Assembly: GCF_001677475.2 (NCBI RefSeq)
Contig: NZ_CP015229.1
From: Escherichia coli
GTDB taxonomy: Bacteria; Pseudomonadota; Gammaproteobacteria; Enterobacterales; Enterobacteriaceae
DNA length: 64,000 nucleotides
Direction: 5' to 3' (one strand)
Below are positions 1 to 8,288 of this stretch, piece by piece (the first letter of the stretch is position 1; every line of letters begins with the position of its first letter). A model generated the notes under the pieces. It did no database searches, had not been told where the DNA came from, and was given only the letters and a program-made list of their open reading frames with translations. The position numbers were made by a program, and so were the translations under genes.

Positions 1-289
1 GTGGCCACTGGCAGGATTTAATATGGCGCAACAGCCAGTCAGACAATGCACCAGCACCACCAGCAGCACGAATCACCCGTGCGTTACTGAAAAACGGCAG
101 CAATGTTTTGTCTTCCACCAGCGGCTGGCGAACGGCAGGAACGACCCCGGACGGCAGATTACGCATGCTTTTCGGTTCCGGCTCCACCAATACCCGGGTA
201 TTGTGGAATACCGGCATGGATTCACGGCCCGGCTTAACGATCACCAGCCCGAGTTCCGGTACCAGAACAGGTCGAAGTAATACCCGCAC
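1..289 (-). CDS. Partial ORF running off the left window edge (about 96 codons visible, possible GTG start near 289); hypothetical prophage protein
   Basis: Hand translation of the minus strand shows one frame open from about 289 to position 1 with protein-like composition; absent from the ORF track, probably because it is truncated. Function not recognised. Confidence 0.3.
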   Translation of the reverse strand, partial: MRVLLRPVLVPELGLVIVKPGRESMPVFHNTRVLVEPEPKSMRNLPSGVVPAVRQPLVEDKTLLPFFSNARVIRAAGGAGALSDWLLRHIKSCQWP

Positions 290-290
290 G

Positions 291-569
291 TTACCTCCAG
301 ATGCGTTGCTGGAATGTGCGAGACGGACGCGGTGGGCGCTCGGAGTACGGCAGCCTGACGTAGATTATCCAGAGACGATAATCGAGGCTGAGGGATTTCT
401 TAATCTCGTATCCACGCCTGCGGTAGTTCTGAATCAGCCATTTGGCCTGTTCTTCAGTGCATGGTTCATGCTGGAACCAGTCAGATTTGAATGTGAGAGA
501 ACGCCGCCCGTGCCTGCTGGCAAAGACGGCTGAATTATCGGAATTGTGTAGTCTGGAATTTTGCGCCAT
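291..569 (-). CDS. Hypothetical prophage protein (92 aa)
   Basis: ORF track entry; co-oriented and tightly packed with neighbouring minus-strand prophage genes; no family recognised. Confidence 0.35.
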   Translation of the reverse strand: MAQNSRLHNSDNSAVFASRHGRRSLTFKSDWFQHEPCTEEQAKWLIQNYRRRGYEIKKSLSLDYRLWIIYVRLPYSERPPRPSRTFQQRIWR

Positions 570-635
570 CGGCTTTCTCCGCTGGCACAGTGTTACTCAA
601 CAGGGGTTCAGCCCTGCGCTGAATTGTAGTTGAAT

Positions 636-899
636 TCACTCATATTCAAAAGCAGAAAAACCAGCCTTAAGCTCAGCTTCTTTCAGAGACTGCAATGATG
701 TGACAAATTCATTTTCACGCAAAATAAAACCATCCGTCACAAATCCATCCACAAAATAAATTAACGCAGCTCCACTCTTCCCTTGTTGAGACTGTAAACA
801 TTTAATACGGCAGTGACTGACAATAGCGCCATTCTCAACGCGCGCAGTGTAGAGGCCATCTTCACTAAAAATTTCACGTAATTCTTCGATTTTCATCAA
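636..899 (-). CDS. Hypothetical prophage protein (87 aa)
   Basis: ORF track entry; same orientation as the prophage late-early genes; no family recognised. Confidence 0.45.
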   Translation of the reverse strand: MMKIEELREIFSEDGLYTARVENGAIVSHCRIKCLQSQQGKSGAALIYFVDGFVTDGFILRENEFVTSLQSLKEAELKAGFSAFEYE

Positions 900-1049
900 C
901 AGAATCCTTCCAGATAAATAGCACTCCCCTGTTCGGGGTCCATCCCTCTTCTCCCTGCGCGCTAACTAAGTAATATGATTCTATTTACCCCAAACGCCCC
1001 CTCAAGAACCGCAACCAATGGAGTACACAAAAAGCTAATCAGCTACGCT

Positions 1050-1082
1050 ACGCAATAAAAAACCCGCCGAAGCGGGTTAAGT
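1050..1082 (-). terminator. Intrinsic terminator-like hairpin downstream of hok
   Basis: GC stem cccgcttcggcggg followed by a U-run when read on the minus strand. Confidence 0.5.
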
Positions 1083-1148
1083 GCGGGCGCGTTGAGGATG
1101 CCTGACACATCAGAGGTGGCGAGGGATTTCTCCCTCGCCAGGTCACTC

Positions 1149-1304
1149 TTACTCCTCAGATTCGTAAGCTGTGAAGACAGCGACCTCCGTCTGGCCGGTT
1201 CGGATTCGCACCTCGCAGAGGTCTTTCCTCGTTACCAGTGCCGTCACTATGACGGTTAAACAGATGACGATCAGGGCGATTAACATCGCCTTTTGCTGCT
1301 TCAT
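1149..1304 (-). CDS. hok: Hok/Gef-family type I toxin (51 aa membrane peptide)
   Basis: Translation MKQQKAMLIALIVICLTVIVTALVTRKDLCEVRIRTGQTEVAVFTAYESEE is near-identical in pattern to Hok/Gef proteins (single TM helix, conserved KDLCEV.IRTG..EVAVF.AYE). The 70-aa ORF track entry 1149..1361 is an upstream in-frame extension. Confidence 0.85.
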   Translation of the reverse strand: MKQQKAMLIALIVICLTVIVTALVTRKDLCEVRIRTGQTEVAVFTAYESEE

Positions 1305-1514
1305 AGCCTGCTTCTCCTTGCCTTTCGGCACGTAAGAGGCTAACCTACATGTGCAAAGCATGAAATTGGCCTCAGATTAATGTTAAGCGTCTTGCCGGAC
1401 GCGTAATGTTAACTGGGGCTTTTCTCTATCTGCCGTTGGTGTTCATGCCCGAGGCAGATAGCCTCAAGCACCCGCTGCAATTCTACTTAACTCTCCTTTT
1501 CCCGCAAACCGTTT

Positions 1515-1598
1515 TTATCCCCAGCGGCAAATCGAATACACCACCAGCGCCACCGCAAGTGCAATTCCTACCGTTGTGAATGCTTCAGGCCAGGTCAT
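1515..1598 (-). CDS. Small hydrophobic peptide (27 aa, MTWPEAFTTVGIALAVALVVYSICRWG)
   Basis: Its ATG overlaps the stop of the upstream 140-aa ORF in an ATGA arrangement; single predicted TM helix; below the ORF track size cut-off. Confidence 0.3.
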   Translation of the reverse strand: MTWPEAFTTVGIALAVALVVYSICRWG

Positions 1599-2017
1599 CG
1601 ATTCACCTCCTGCTCAATATTTTTAAGGTCATTTTCCGCATACAGTATTGCTGTCCTGGCTGCTCGTAACCGGGCTTTGGCATTTTTCTCTTCACGTTCA
1701 AGTTTTTCCACAGCTTCACGAAGAGCATCCCGCTTTGCATAGAGTGATTTAATCTCAGACACTATGTTTTCACCGTTTCTCGCACGGTCGAGAACAAGCT
1801 CGAACGGATCTAAAGCCAATCCGCATCGGTTACAGGTAATCGTACGATTCACTTCTGAAATTGTTGTACGGATATGCTGACAGCATTTTTGCTCGCCGCT
1901 TTTTCTGTCGGTTATCACAACGTTGAGAAGCCCTTCTTCCTCTGATTTTGGTTGCACAAGGGTGATAACATTGTCGATGTCATTTTTCATTAGCCCCCCA
2001 CTCTTGTGGTGATTCAT
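1595..2017 (-). CDS. Hypothetical prophage protein with a C-x2-C zinc-ribbon-like motif and a coiled-coil C-terminus
   Basis: ORF track entry; CCQH...CNRCG cysteine pairs; charged helical C-terminal half; a GGGGG Shine-Dalgarno precedes the internal MKNDIDN start. Confidence 0.5.
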   Translation of the reverse strand: MNHHKSGGLMKNDIDNVITLVQPKSEEEGLLNVVITDRKSGEQKCCQHIRTTISEVNRTITCNRCGLALDPFELVLDRARNGENIVSEIKSLYAKRDALREAVEKLEREEKNAKARLRAARTAILYAENDLKNIEQEVNR

Positions 2018-2190
2018 TCATCACCCCACTCATCACAATATGCTTCGACAGGTGTTTTTCCTGCTTCGTAGTCATCACGCCAGGCTTCAGCATCAACAGC
2101 ACTTCCACCACGTAACTCTGCATAGTCCATTAACAGTTCATGCCATTCTTCAAAACTGACGTTGTATTTAGTTGAACCAAAATCAGCCAT
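2014..2190 (-). CDS. Small hypothetical prophage protein (58 aa)
   Basis: Hand-found ORF MADFGSTKYNVSFEEWHELLMDYAELRGGSAVDAEAWRDDYEAGKTPVEAYCDEWGDE filling the gap between two track ORFs; its stop overlaps the next start. Confidence 0.3.
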   Translation of the reverse strand: MADFGSTKYNVSFEEWHELLMDYAELRGGSAVDAEAWRDDYEAGKTPVEAYCDEWGDE

Positions 2191-2365
2191 TTTGTTCTTC
2201 CTCTTCGTCTTTTATTGCGTGATATGAGTAATTGCAGTAGTTAAAGAAAATTTCTTTTGCTTCATCATGAATTTCATCAGGTGTTGCGTCATCGCCCACT
2301 TCGAATACATCCTCAAAATCTCCACCAGCTATTCCCGTTTCAATAATTATTTTGAACTTTCGCAT
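2183..2365 (-). CDS. Small acidic hypothetical prophage protein (about 60 aa from the internal start MRKFKII)
   Basis: ORF track 2183..2419; the internal start is preceded by a purine-rich Shine-Dalgarno. Confidence 0.4.
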   Translation of the reverse strand: MRKFKIIIETGIAGGDFEDVFEVGDDATPDEIHDEAKEIFFNYCNYSYHAIKDEEEEQNG

Positions 2366-2509
2366 TTCACTACCGCCCTTTCGGGCGGCCTCCTGATGAT
2401 TTGAGAGTGCAAAAATCACTCCGGTTAAGGATTAAATTTTATTTACAGAACTGAATTTAATTATTCAGATATACGTATCTGTAACCCTACGAACCTACTC
2501 ACTGGATGC

Positions 2510-2983
2510 CTATTTCATAAAAATAATCCAGTGAGTTTTATCGTTTTTTCCTGTTCGTTGACCGATAACAGGTTTTCTGTCGGTCAGTGCCAATATCTGG
2601 CGAACAGGTATTTGCGTTTCATTCCATTTGAAAATCAGAACGCCGTATGGCTGCAACACACGAAAGGCTTCTTTAAATCCCTGCCGCAAATCATCACGCC
2701 AGGTATCTTTATTTAGCCGTCCATATTTCTTTCCCATCCAGGCGTTATCACCAACACGCTCAAGATGCGGAGGGTCGAATACAACCATCGAAAAAGATGC
2801 GTCTGCAAATGGTAGTGCACGAAAATCTGCTATCAGGTCAGGGCTAATTATCAGGCGTCGTCCATCACATAATGTGTGCTCTTCTTTTCTGATATCGCTA
2901 AATATCGCCCGGTCGTCATTCTTATCGAACCAGAACATACGACTACCACAGGACATATCAAGAATGGTTGCCGATTCACTCAC
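2510..2983 (-). CDS. Small prophage DNA amino-methyltransferase (probable N6-adenine), orphan
   Basis: Motif I-like LDMSCGSR near the N-terminus and catalytic motif IV-like FDPPH about 55 residues later; no adjacent restriction endonuclease ORF. Confidence 0.7.
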   Translation of the reverse strand: MSESATILDMSCGSRMFWFDKNDDRAIFSDIRKEEHTLCDGRRLIISPDLIADFRALPFADASFSMVVFDPPHLERVGDNAWMGKKYGRLNKDTWRDDLRQGFKEAFRVLQPYGVLIFKWNETQIPVRQILALTDRKPVIGQRTGKNDKTHWIIFMK

Positions 2984-3203
2984 TGTTTACCTCCTGCAAC
3001 GCTACCCGGTACGCCTTCTTTATCCACGCTGTACTGCCATATAACTTCGTCTTCATAAAAAACACCCCTGCACGGCTCGCCGATATCCCCGGACAGGCTA
3101 ACAGCACTGCATCCACCACACGGTTATGCTTCCGGAACTCCATTACAGTACTGCTGATAACCACCTGTCCCACCGGGCCGTAATCCTGATACAGGATTTT
3201 CAC
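2976..3203 (-). CDS. Hypothetical prophage protein (75 aa)
   Basis: ORF track entry in a tightly packed minus-strand gene array. Confidence 0.35.
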   Translation of the reverse strand: MKILYQDYGPVGQVVISSTVMEFRKHNRVVDAVLLACPGISASRAGVFFMKTKLYGSTAWIKKAYRVALQEVNSE

Positions 3204-3454
3204 GCAGACACCCTCCTGTCGAAATAAACGTAGTTATTCACTGTGCGCAGCGGCATTCCAAATTTTCTGGCGATTTCTCTCCTGGACACGCCACGCTGAT
3301 GCAATTGTCGCGTCAGCTCAATATCACTCTGCGGATATTTTGCTGACTGGTGATAATCACCCCGTAACATCATACTAATACCCAGTTCCCGCGCTTTCGT
3401 TCTGACCGCCGCCTCACTACGGCCAATCAGACTGCCGATGCTTTTTACCTTCAT
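3200..3454 (-). CDS. Small helix-turn-helix protein (GcrA-like N-terminal motif), about 84 aa
   Basis: ORF track 3200..3601; probable start at the internal MKVKSIGSL; two HTH-like segments (SIGSLIGRSEAAVRTKARELGIS and SRREIARKFGMPLRTV). Confidence 0.45.
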   Translation of the reverse strand: MKVKSIGSLIGRSEAAVRTKARELGISMMLRGDYHQSAKYPQSDIELTRQLHQRGVSRREIARKFGMPLRTVNNYVYFDRRVSA

Positions 3455-3510
3455 TGTTCCCGCGCACTGCCGAAGAATAAGGATTTCAGCCCGCACCCAG
3501 CCACGCCATC

Positions 3511-4272
3511 TCACTTCACATCCTCTCTGGAACAATTCATCTGCCGTATAATATCCCGGTACTTGTTCAGCTCCCGCAGCGCGGCGCAGACACGCTCCCA
3601 CTTCTGGACATGGCTTTTCGCCCGACGCAATTCGCGGTTTGCTATATGCAGCGATGGTAAAATCAGGTCATCCCCTTGCGTTTCGGTGAGCGATGGTAAC
3701 GACTGCACCATGTCCGCCACAGTTTCTGTTTTAATATCTTCCTGTGTTGCAGCTTCCTGTACCGGTAACGCAACACCGGCTGGCTGAGGAAAGGCTTTAC
3801 CATCGGTTTCCGCTACCGATGCGGCTTTCAGCTCTGCTGGTAAATTATCTCCCGGCATGCAGTAGCGAAATTTACCGTTCTGGTTTACGCGTGCCAGCCG
3901 CCCCGTTGCGGTTACTACTGCCAGCGTGGAAGCAACCTTGCGAGTGCTGACACAGAACTTACCCGCCAGTTCCTCACACGTTTTAGCTCCCTCCTGACCG
4001 ATAAACTCAATCATCATGTCAGCGGTAACTTTTCGTTCGACCGCCCTGGTCAGCACATCCGGTACTTCAGATTGTGCTGGCTGCTCTTCGGTTACCCCGG
4101 ATTCACCTTCGCCAGCCAGAAACCAGGTGTGACCCGTTTTATCAACGACGCCATTTCTTTTCAGTTCCCACAGCTCGTTCAGCACTTCTTCACGACTGAT
4201 ATCAAGTCGCGCAGCCAGTTCTGTCGACGTGGCTTTCCCCATTGCTTTCAGTGCGTCAAAAACAGTCTCCAT
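3511..4272 (-). CDS. Hypothetical prophage protein with an N-terminal winged-helix-like domain (about 253 aa)
   Basis: ORF track 3511..4338; the probable start METVFDALK at 4272 avoids overlap with the upstream gene; N-terminal [27 protein letters not shown] resembles a wHTH. Confidence 0.5.
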   Translation of the reverse strand: METVFDALKAMGKATSTELAARLDISREEVLNELWELKRNGVVDKTGHTWFLAGEGESGVTEEQPAQSEVPDVLTRAVERKVTADMMIEFIGQEGAKTCEELAGKFCVSTRKVASTLAVVTATGRLARVNQNGKFRYCMPGDNLPAELKAASVAETDGKAFPQPAGVALPVQEAATQEDIKTETVADMVQSLPSLTETQGDDLILPSLHIANRELRRAKSHVQKWERVCAALRELNKYRDIIRQMNCSREDVK

Positions 4273-4306
4273 TAAAATTTCCTCCCGGTAAAAATCACTT
4301 CTCAAC

Positions 4307-4972
4307 TCAAACAAAACCAGCCGTTTTCCGGCGTTCATACTCCTGTTTCAGCAACTCAATTGGCGTTGGTCCCGACGGGCGTTTGGGTGCCGCCAGTTGT
4401 CGCCGGACTGGCGGAATGCTCAGGCCATTACCAACATGCTTTGCCCATTTCGTCAGTTGCCGTTCTGCAAGCCGTTTTAACTCCCCTTCGGTCATCTGGC
4501 GCTCAATCCCCTTTGAACGCATCTCGAGGCAAATGTGATACAGCACAGGCTGAGACCACGGGTACTTATCACTTCCGTCGTATCGCCAGGACTCATTGCG
4601 CCAGCGGCGGTACTCCTCCATCACAGCATCCACCGTCAGACCGAATGGATTGGCTCCGCTTTCCGAAATCAGTGCCACAAACTCAGCCAGGTCCGGAGGC
4701 CATGTTTCACCCGCCCGGCAGCGGTCCATGCACTGGCGGCAGACCTGCCGGATTTGCTGCTCAGTCATCGCGCCAATCTGTGCAATCCAGAGCTTCGAAG
4801 GTGCGGCCCCGTTCTTCCGGGGCCAGCGGTTCGAATAAACCTCCCCCATGAGTTCCCACAGCTTCCAGGCCGTTTCCGTCGCTGATAAATCCGTTTTCAC
4901 GTTCCCACTGCTCACGTGCTGCCCGAATTTCCTGAACTGCCCGTGATGCGGTGCCACCTGGTGCTGCTGCAT
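4307..4972 (-). CDS. Lambda P-like replication protein (helicase loader); start uncertain
   Basis: C-terminal half aligns in pattern with lambda P ([28 protein letters not shown]) from memory. The ORF as listed overlaps the upstream gene by 212 bp; internal starts at about 4846 or 4768 are more likely. Confidence 0.55.
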   Translation of the reverse strand: MQQHQVAPHHGQFRKFGQHVSSGNVKTDLSATETAWKLWELMGEVYSNRWPRKNGAAPSKLWIAQIGAMTEQQIRQVCRQCMDRCRAGETWPPDLAEFVALISESGANPFGLTVDAVMEEYRRWRNESWRYDGSDKYPWSQPVLYHICLEMRSKGIERQMTEGELKRLAERQLTKWAKHVGNGLSIPPVRRQLAAPKRPSGPTPIELLKQEYERRKTAGFV

Positions 4973-5876
4973 GGTTTGCCCCCTTGCTGACTGGTTTAAC
5001 CTGTGCCCTGACGTGATTTACGTGACGGGCGAATTTCTGCTCCCACTGAACCTGCGTGAAAACTTTACCCTCCTCAGTCCAGTAATCCCTGAATGCGGCA
5101 AGTTCAGCAGGTGTAAATTCCGGCTCTGGCAGAGCCATCCCCCACAACGCAGCCCGTCGTCGAAAATCCCGTGACGGATACCAGCTATCGGTCATCGGAA
5201 ATTTTCCGATGGGTTCGTTCACGCCGTCCAGGAGCACGGGGGGGGTTGTCTGTAGCGACAAAACTCCCCGCTCACTGGTCGGAGCACTCTCACGTGCGTT
5301 ATGTGTGGGGTTTAGATCTTTGGGTTCCTTTGGGTTCCGTGATCCGTTTTTGGGTGTCTTTGATGGAAAATTTGGGTGTCTTTGGTTATTTTCCATGCAG
5401 CAAAGAGTTCCGTTTTTGGGGCTGTTTTGTGCTGAAACATAACCGTTTTCGGTACTGTTTTTATTAACAGCACCAATTTTACCCACCTTTAAAGACACCC
5501 GTTTTTGGGTGTATTCAGGCTCGGCAACACTTTCTTCTACACCGATAAGTCGGTACACCACAATTTGCTTTGTTCTGCCTTTTCTCTCACCGGTATCAAT
5601 AATTAACCCAATCTCCATCAGGTGTCGTAAGCTGTCCTGCACAGTCTTTTTGTTCAGTTCCGTTACTTCTGCCAGTGCAGATACAGACGGGTATGCACAC
5701 AAATCGGCACCGCACATATCAGCAAGCCAGGTCAATACTGACTTACTGGATGAACTGCCGGTTTTCACCTTTTTAGCCCACCGTAGTGCATCGATACTCA
5801 TACGAACCTCTGGCAGACATTTGTTTATCTGCAAAGTAATAATGATATTGCTGACGATACGCATGCTTGAAAGCAA
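4761..5876 (-). CDS. Prophage replication initiation protein (N-terminal HTH, C-terminal DnaT-like domain)
   Basis: N-terminal winged-helix-like region (SVSALAEVTELNKKTVQDSLRHLMEIGLI), low-complexity linker, C-terminal WYPSRDFRRR...ELAAFRDYW...WEQKF resembling DnaT/DUF1376-type phage replication proteins; probable true start near 5801 (MSIDALRW). Confidence 0.6.
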   Translation of the reverse strand: MLSSMRIVSNIIITLQINKCLPEVRMSIDALRWAKKVKTGSSSSKSVLTWLADMCGADLCAYPSVSALAEVTELNKKTVQDSLRHLMEIGLIIDTGERKGRTKQIVVYRLIGVEESVAEPEYTQKRVSLKVGKIGAVNKNSTENGYVSAQNSPKNGTLCCMENNQRHPNFPSKTPKNGSRNPKEPKDLNPTHNARESAPTSERGVLSLQTTPPVLLDGVNEPIGKFPMTDSWYPSRDFRRRAALWGMALPEPEFTPAELAAFRDYWTEEGKVFTQVQWEQKFARHVNHVRAQVKPVSKGANHAAAPGGTASRAVQEIRAAREQWERENGFISDGNGLEAVGTHGGGLFEPLAPEERGRTFEALDCTDWRDD

Positions 5877-6324
5877 TAGCTTTTTCTATAAGCTCGTCAG
5901 TCTCACGTTCCACAACAGATGGATCCGCAAAAAGCAGCCCGGACTCCACCACATCGCCATATTCTTTGTTTAACCCGGCGATCATGTACGTAATGCTTTT
6001 TCCGTCAGTAATTTCACAATACAACCTGAAATCGCTGATCCGGATAGCCTCCATAATTGCCGGAATCAGCGCCGTGAATTTTTCCCGCTTATCCCTGGTG
6101 TCGATAGCTTTCCAGCGTTCGAATATCTTCACCCGGTTAACGCCCAGCGCCCGTTGATCAACCTCGCCATCATTAAACGTGACGCGTTGAACATCGATGT
6201 TCGGGCGTTCTTTCAGAGCCCAGAATGCTTCCGTGATTAAAATAGTCGCCTGCTCCTGTGTCATTCCTGGTCGGCATACCCAGGCATCCAGAGCCTCACA
6301 AACCTGTTCAGGGGTGATTTTCAT
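5773..6324 (-). CDS. YdaT-like prophage regulatory protein (CII-position gene)
   Basis: Lies directly downstream of the cro-like gene; central segment REKFTALIPAIMEAIRISDFRL resembles the YdaT-family helix; call is by position and weak motif only. Confidence 0.45.
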   Translation of the reverse strand: MKITPEQVCEALDAWVCRPGMTQEQATILITEAFWALKERPNIDVQRVTFNDGEVDQRALGVNRVKIFERWKAIDTRDKREKFTALIPAIMEAIRISDFRLYCEITDGKSITYMIAGLNKEYGDVVESGLLFADPSVVERETDELIEKAIAFKHAYRQQYHYYFADKQMSARGSYEYRCTTVG

Positions 6325-6535
6325 TGTTCAACCGCCCCGCCCGCTTTGCCTTACGATATTCGTCATAAACTTTGGGGTCGTACTGAAGTTCCCCGCCGGA
6401 TGCCTCTTGCAGGCGCATCGCGCGACCTTCAGGAACCAGTTCCCCCCATGCAGCAATGCTTGCCAGCCTAACTCCTGCGGCATTGGCAAGCTTTGTTTTG
6501 CTGCCAAAAAACGCTATAGCATCAATTTTCAACAT
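6308..6535 (-). CDS. dicC: DicC-like Cro-type regulator
   Basis: 75-aa protein divergent from the DicA-like repressor across a 76-bp operator region; sequence pattern MLKIDAIAFFGSKTKLANAAGVRLASIAAWGE...EGRAMRLQEASGGELQYDPKVYDEY matches my recollection of DicC. Confidence 0.7.
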   Translation of the reverse strand: MLKIDAIAFFGSKTKLANAAGVRLASIAAWGELVPEGRAMRLQEASGGELQYDPKVYDEYRKAKRAGRLNNENHP

Positions 6536-6611
6536 ATCGAGTTCCTTAGATTTTCCTAAGGAAACTAGATCGTAGAGAAACCTAAGTCAATAAAAATTAG
6601 AATTCCCTAAT
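6536..6611. promoter_or_regulatory. Divergent operator/promoter region between the dicC-like and dicA-like genes
   Basis: Contains the inverted repeat CCTTAG-N6-CTAAGG and a further CCTAAG half-site; expected location of the immunity switch. Confidence 0.5.
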
Positions 6612-7019
6612 ATGAAAAACGAAACCTTCGGTGCTCGCCTCTTACATAGGCGTAAAAAATTAAAACTGTCTCAGGCCGCATTAGGTAAGCTGGTCAAAGT
6701 GGCTCACGTAACAATTTCTCAATGGGAAAGAGATGAAACACAGCCGGCGGGGAAAAGATTATTCGCACTGAGCCAAGCGCTTCAGTGCTCACCGACTTGG
6801 CTTCTTTTTGGGGATGAAGATAAACAACCAGGCGAACCGATCCCGGATAATCAGCCAGCCATTCTGACAGAAGATCAAAAAGAGTTACTTCAACTGTTCG
6901 ACGCACTGCCTGAGTCAGAGCAAAAGGCCCTGTTGTCAGAGATGCGTGCTCGAGTTGAAAATTTCAACAAACTTTTTGAAGAACTACTCAAAGCTCGCAA
7001 AAGAAGCGCAAACAAATAA
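6612..7019 (+). CDS. dicA: DicA-like prophage repressor (XRE-family HTH)
   Basis: 135 aa; strong pattern match to DicA as I recall it (LFALSQALQCSPTWLLFGDEDKQP, LFDALPESEQ, MRARVENFNKLFEELLKAR). Confidence 0.85.
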   Translation: MKNETFGARLLHRRKKLKLSQAALGKLVKVAHVTISQWERDETQPAGKRLFALSQALQCSPTWLLFGDEDKQPGEPIPDNQPAILTEDQKELLQLFDALPESEQKALLSEMRARVENFNKLFEELLKARKRSANK

Positions 7020-7029
7020 CCCCCTTTTT

Positions 7030-7150
7030 TCTCCACACCCTGTAATAAAAAGCACAAAATTTCAAACAATTGTGTTTTTTACATCAAAAAACTTAGGTTT
7101 TTCTACATAAACAGCTTGACCACATACCTTAGGTTATTCTAAATTTCATT
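7030..7150. promoter_or_regulatory. Putative second operator set and early promoter downstream of dicA
   Basis: Repeated motifs CTTAGGTTTTTCTAC and CCTTAGGTTATTCTAA share the CTTAGG half-site with the dicC-dicA intergenic region; AT-rich. Confidence 0.4.
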
Positions 7151-7221
7151 CATCAAGACACCGCACGGTGTTCTCAGCAAACAGTTCCGCTACCCCAGCG
7201 TTAAGGGGAAATGAGGTCAGC

Positions 7222-7377
7222 ATGGATACTATCGATCTTGGTAACAACGAATCTCTGGTGTGCGGCGTGTTCCCAAACCAGGACGGCACATTCACCGCGA
7301 TGACGTATACCAGAAGCAAAACGTTTAAAACCGAAGCTGGCGCGCGTCGCTGGCTGGAAAGAAATTCAGGTGAGTGA
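7222..7377 (+). CDS. ydfA: YdfA-like small protein (51 aa)
   Basis: Size and position (first gene of the dicB operon) match Qin ydfA; the ORF track 7168..7377 includes an upstream extension. Confidence 0.65.
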   Translation: MDTIDLGNNESLVCGVFPNQDGTFTAMTYTRSKTFKTEAGARRWLERNSGE

Positions 7378-7378
7378 T

Positions 7379-7507
7379 ATGGATTTCGACGCAATCATGG
7401 AAAAGGCTTACGAAGAATACTTCGAAGGCCTTGCCGAAGGCGAAGAAGCTCTCAGCTTCAGTGAGTTTAAACAGACGCTTTCCAGTTCGGCAAAATCTAA
7501 CGACTGA
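7379..7507 (+). CDS. ydfB: YdfB-like small acidic protein (42 aa)
   Basis: Hand-translated MDFDAIMEKAYEEYFEGLAEGEEALSFSEFKQTLSSSAKSND; the ATG lies 1 nt after the ydfA stop; size and position match Qin ydfB. Confidence 0.55.
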   Translation: MDFDAIMEKAYEEYFEGLAEGEEALSFSEFKQTLSSSAKSND

Positions 7508-7536
7508 TAAGAGAAGCGGCACCGCGAGGAATCAGT

Positions 7537-7752
7537 ATGCAGAAACGAGAACCCGTCATCATCGCACCAGACTATACCGAGGATGAAATTTACGAATGGA
7601 TGTGCGGAAAGATACGCGCCATTAATTACCTGAAGCAGGCCGCTGACTACAAAGAGCGCCTCTCTAAAGAACTGGTGTCAGCGGAGCAGGATATTACCAC
7701 TCTGGCAAAAAGCGCGGCATTAAACGTTTCGCGAGTGACTGAAAACTACTGA
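7537..7752 (+). CDS. ydfC: YdfC-like protein (71 aa)
   Basis: ORF track; size and position match Qin ydfC. Confidence 0.6.
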   Translation: MQKREPVIIAPDYTEDEIYEWMCGKIRAINYLKQAADYKERLSKELVSAEQDITTLAKSAALNVSRVTENY

Positions 7753-7841
7753 CCACTGAGCTCAAGTAGTTCTCCACAGATGAAGTGCGTGCGCCGGACA
7801 CGGATAAACCTCCGGCATGCTCTTTAACAATCTGGATATTC

Positions 7842-8288
7842 CTAACCACAAAGAAATCGCATCAATTTGGATTTTGTGGGCAACTTCTCTTGTTGTTCGA
7901 TGGAGACGCCCATTTTGATCTGTGTTTTTAAGATCGCAATATCTTTAAGTGATGACCAAATATGACCATCTGTTTTTTCCAGAATTTTTAACTGAATTTT
8001 CAATTCCGAATCAGAATATTTTTCTGCATCATCAAAAAGCTGCAAATATTCTGCGGATTTTCTCATGGCATTACCTGACTTTTGTCCGAATCCATAAATC
8101 GTTTGGACGGTTGCGATCACAACAATAAAAACGCCAGAAATTTCCGGAATGAATCCGCCAATGACAGATGAACCGAGGATAACACTCACTACTGAGAGAA
8201 GTTTATCGAGACGACCAGTCGCTACAGAAAATAGTTGCTCAAGAAAATAGCCATATAAAATTCTGTCAAGAATATCATCCCGGTCCAT
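7842..8288 (-). CDS. Two-TM membrane protein encoded antisense inside the dicBF operon (148 aa); candidate superinfection-exclusion or abortive-infection protein
   Basis: ORF track; AT-rich codon usage distinct from its flanks; AGGTGA Shine-Dalgarno 7 nt upstream of the ATG; two adjacent hydrophobic helices (about residues 35 to 75) and a charged C-terminal domain; sits in extra DNA absent from the K-12 Qin ydfC-dicF interval as I recall it. Confidence 0.6.
   Translation of the reverse strand: MDRDDILDRILYGYFLEQLFSVATGRLDKLLSVVSVILGSSVIGGFIPEISGVFIVVIATVQTIYGFGQKSGNAMRKSAEYLQLFDDAEKYSDSELKIQLKILEKTDGHIWSSLKDIAILKTQIKMGVSIEQQEKLPTKSKLMRFLCG

Noticed and set aside
23-533. Plus-strand ORFs 23..280 (85 aa) and 108..533 (141 aa) at the window start
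   Set aside because: Low-complexity, Arg/Ser/Thr-rich translations that run antisense to better protein-like minus-strand frames co-oriented with the prophage gene array; judged to be antisense artefacts.
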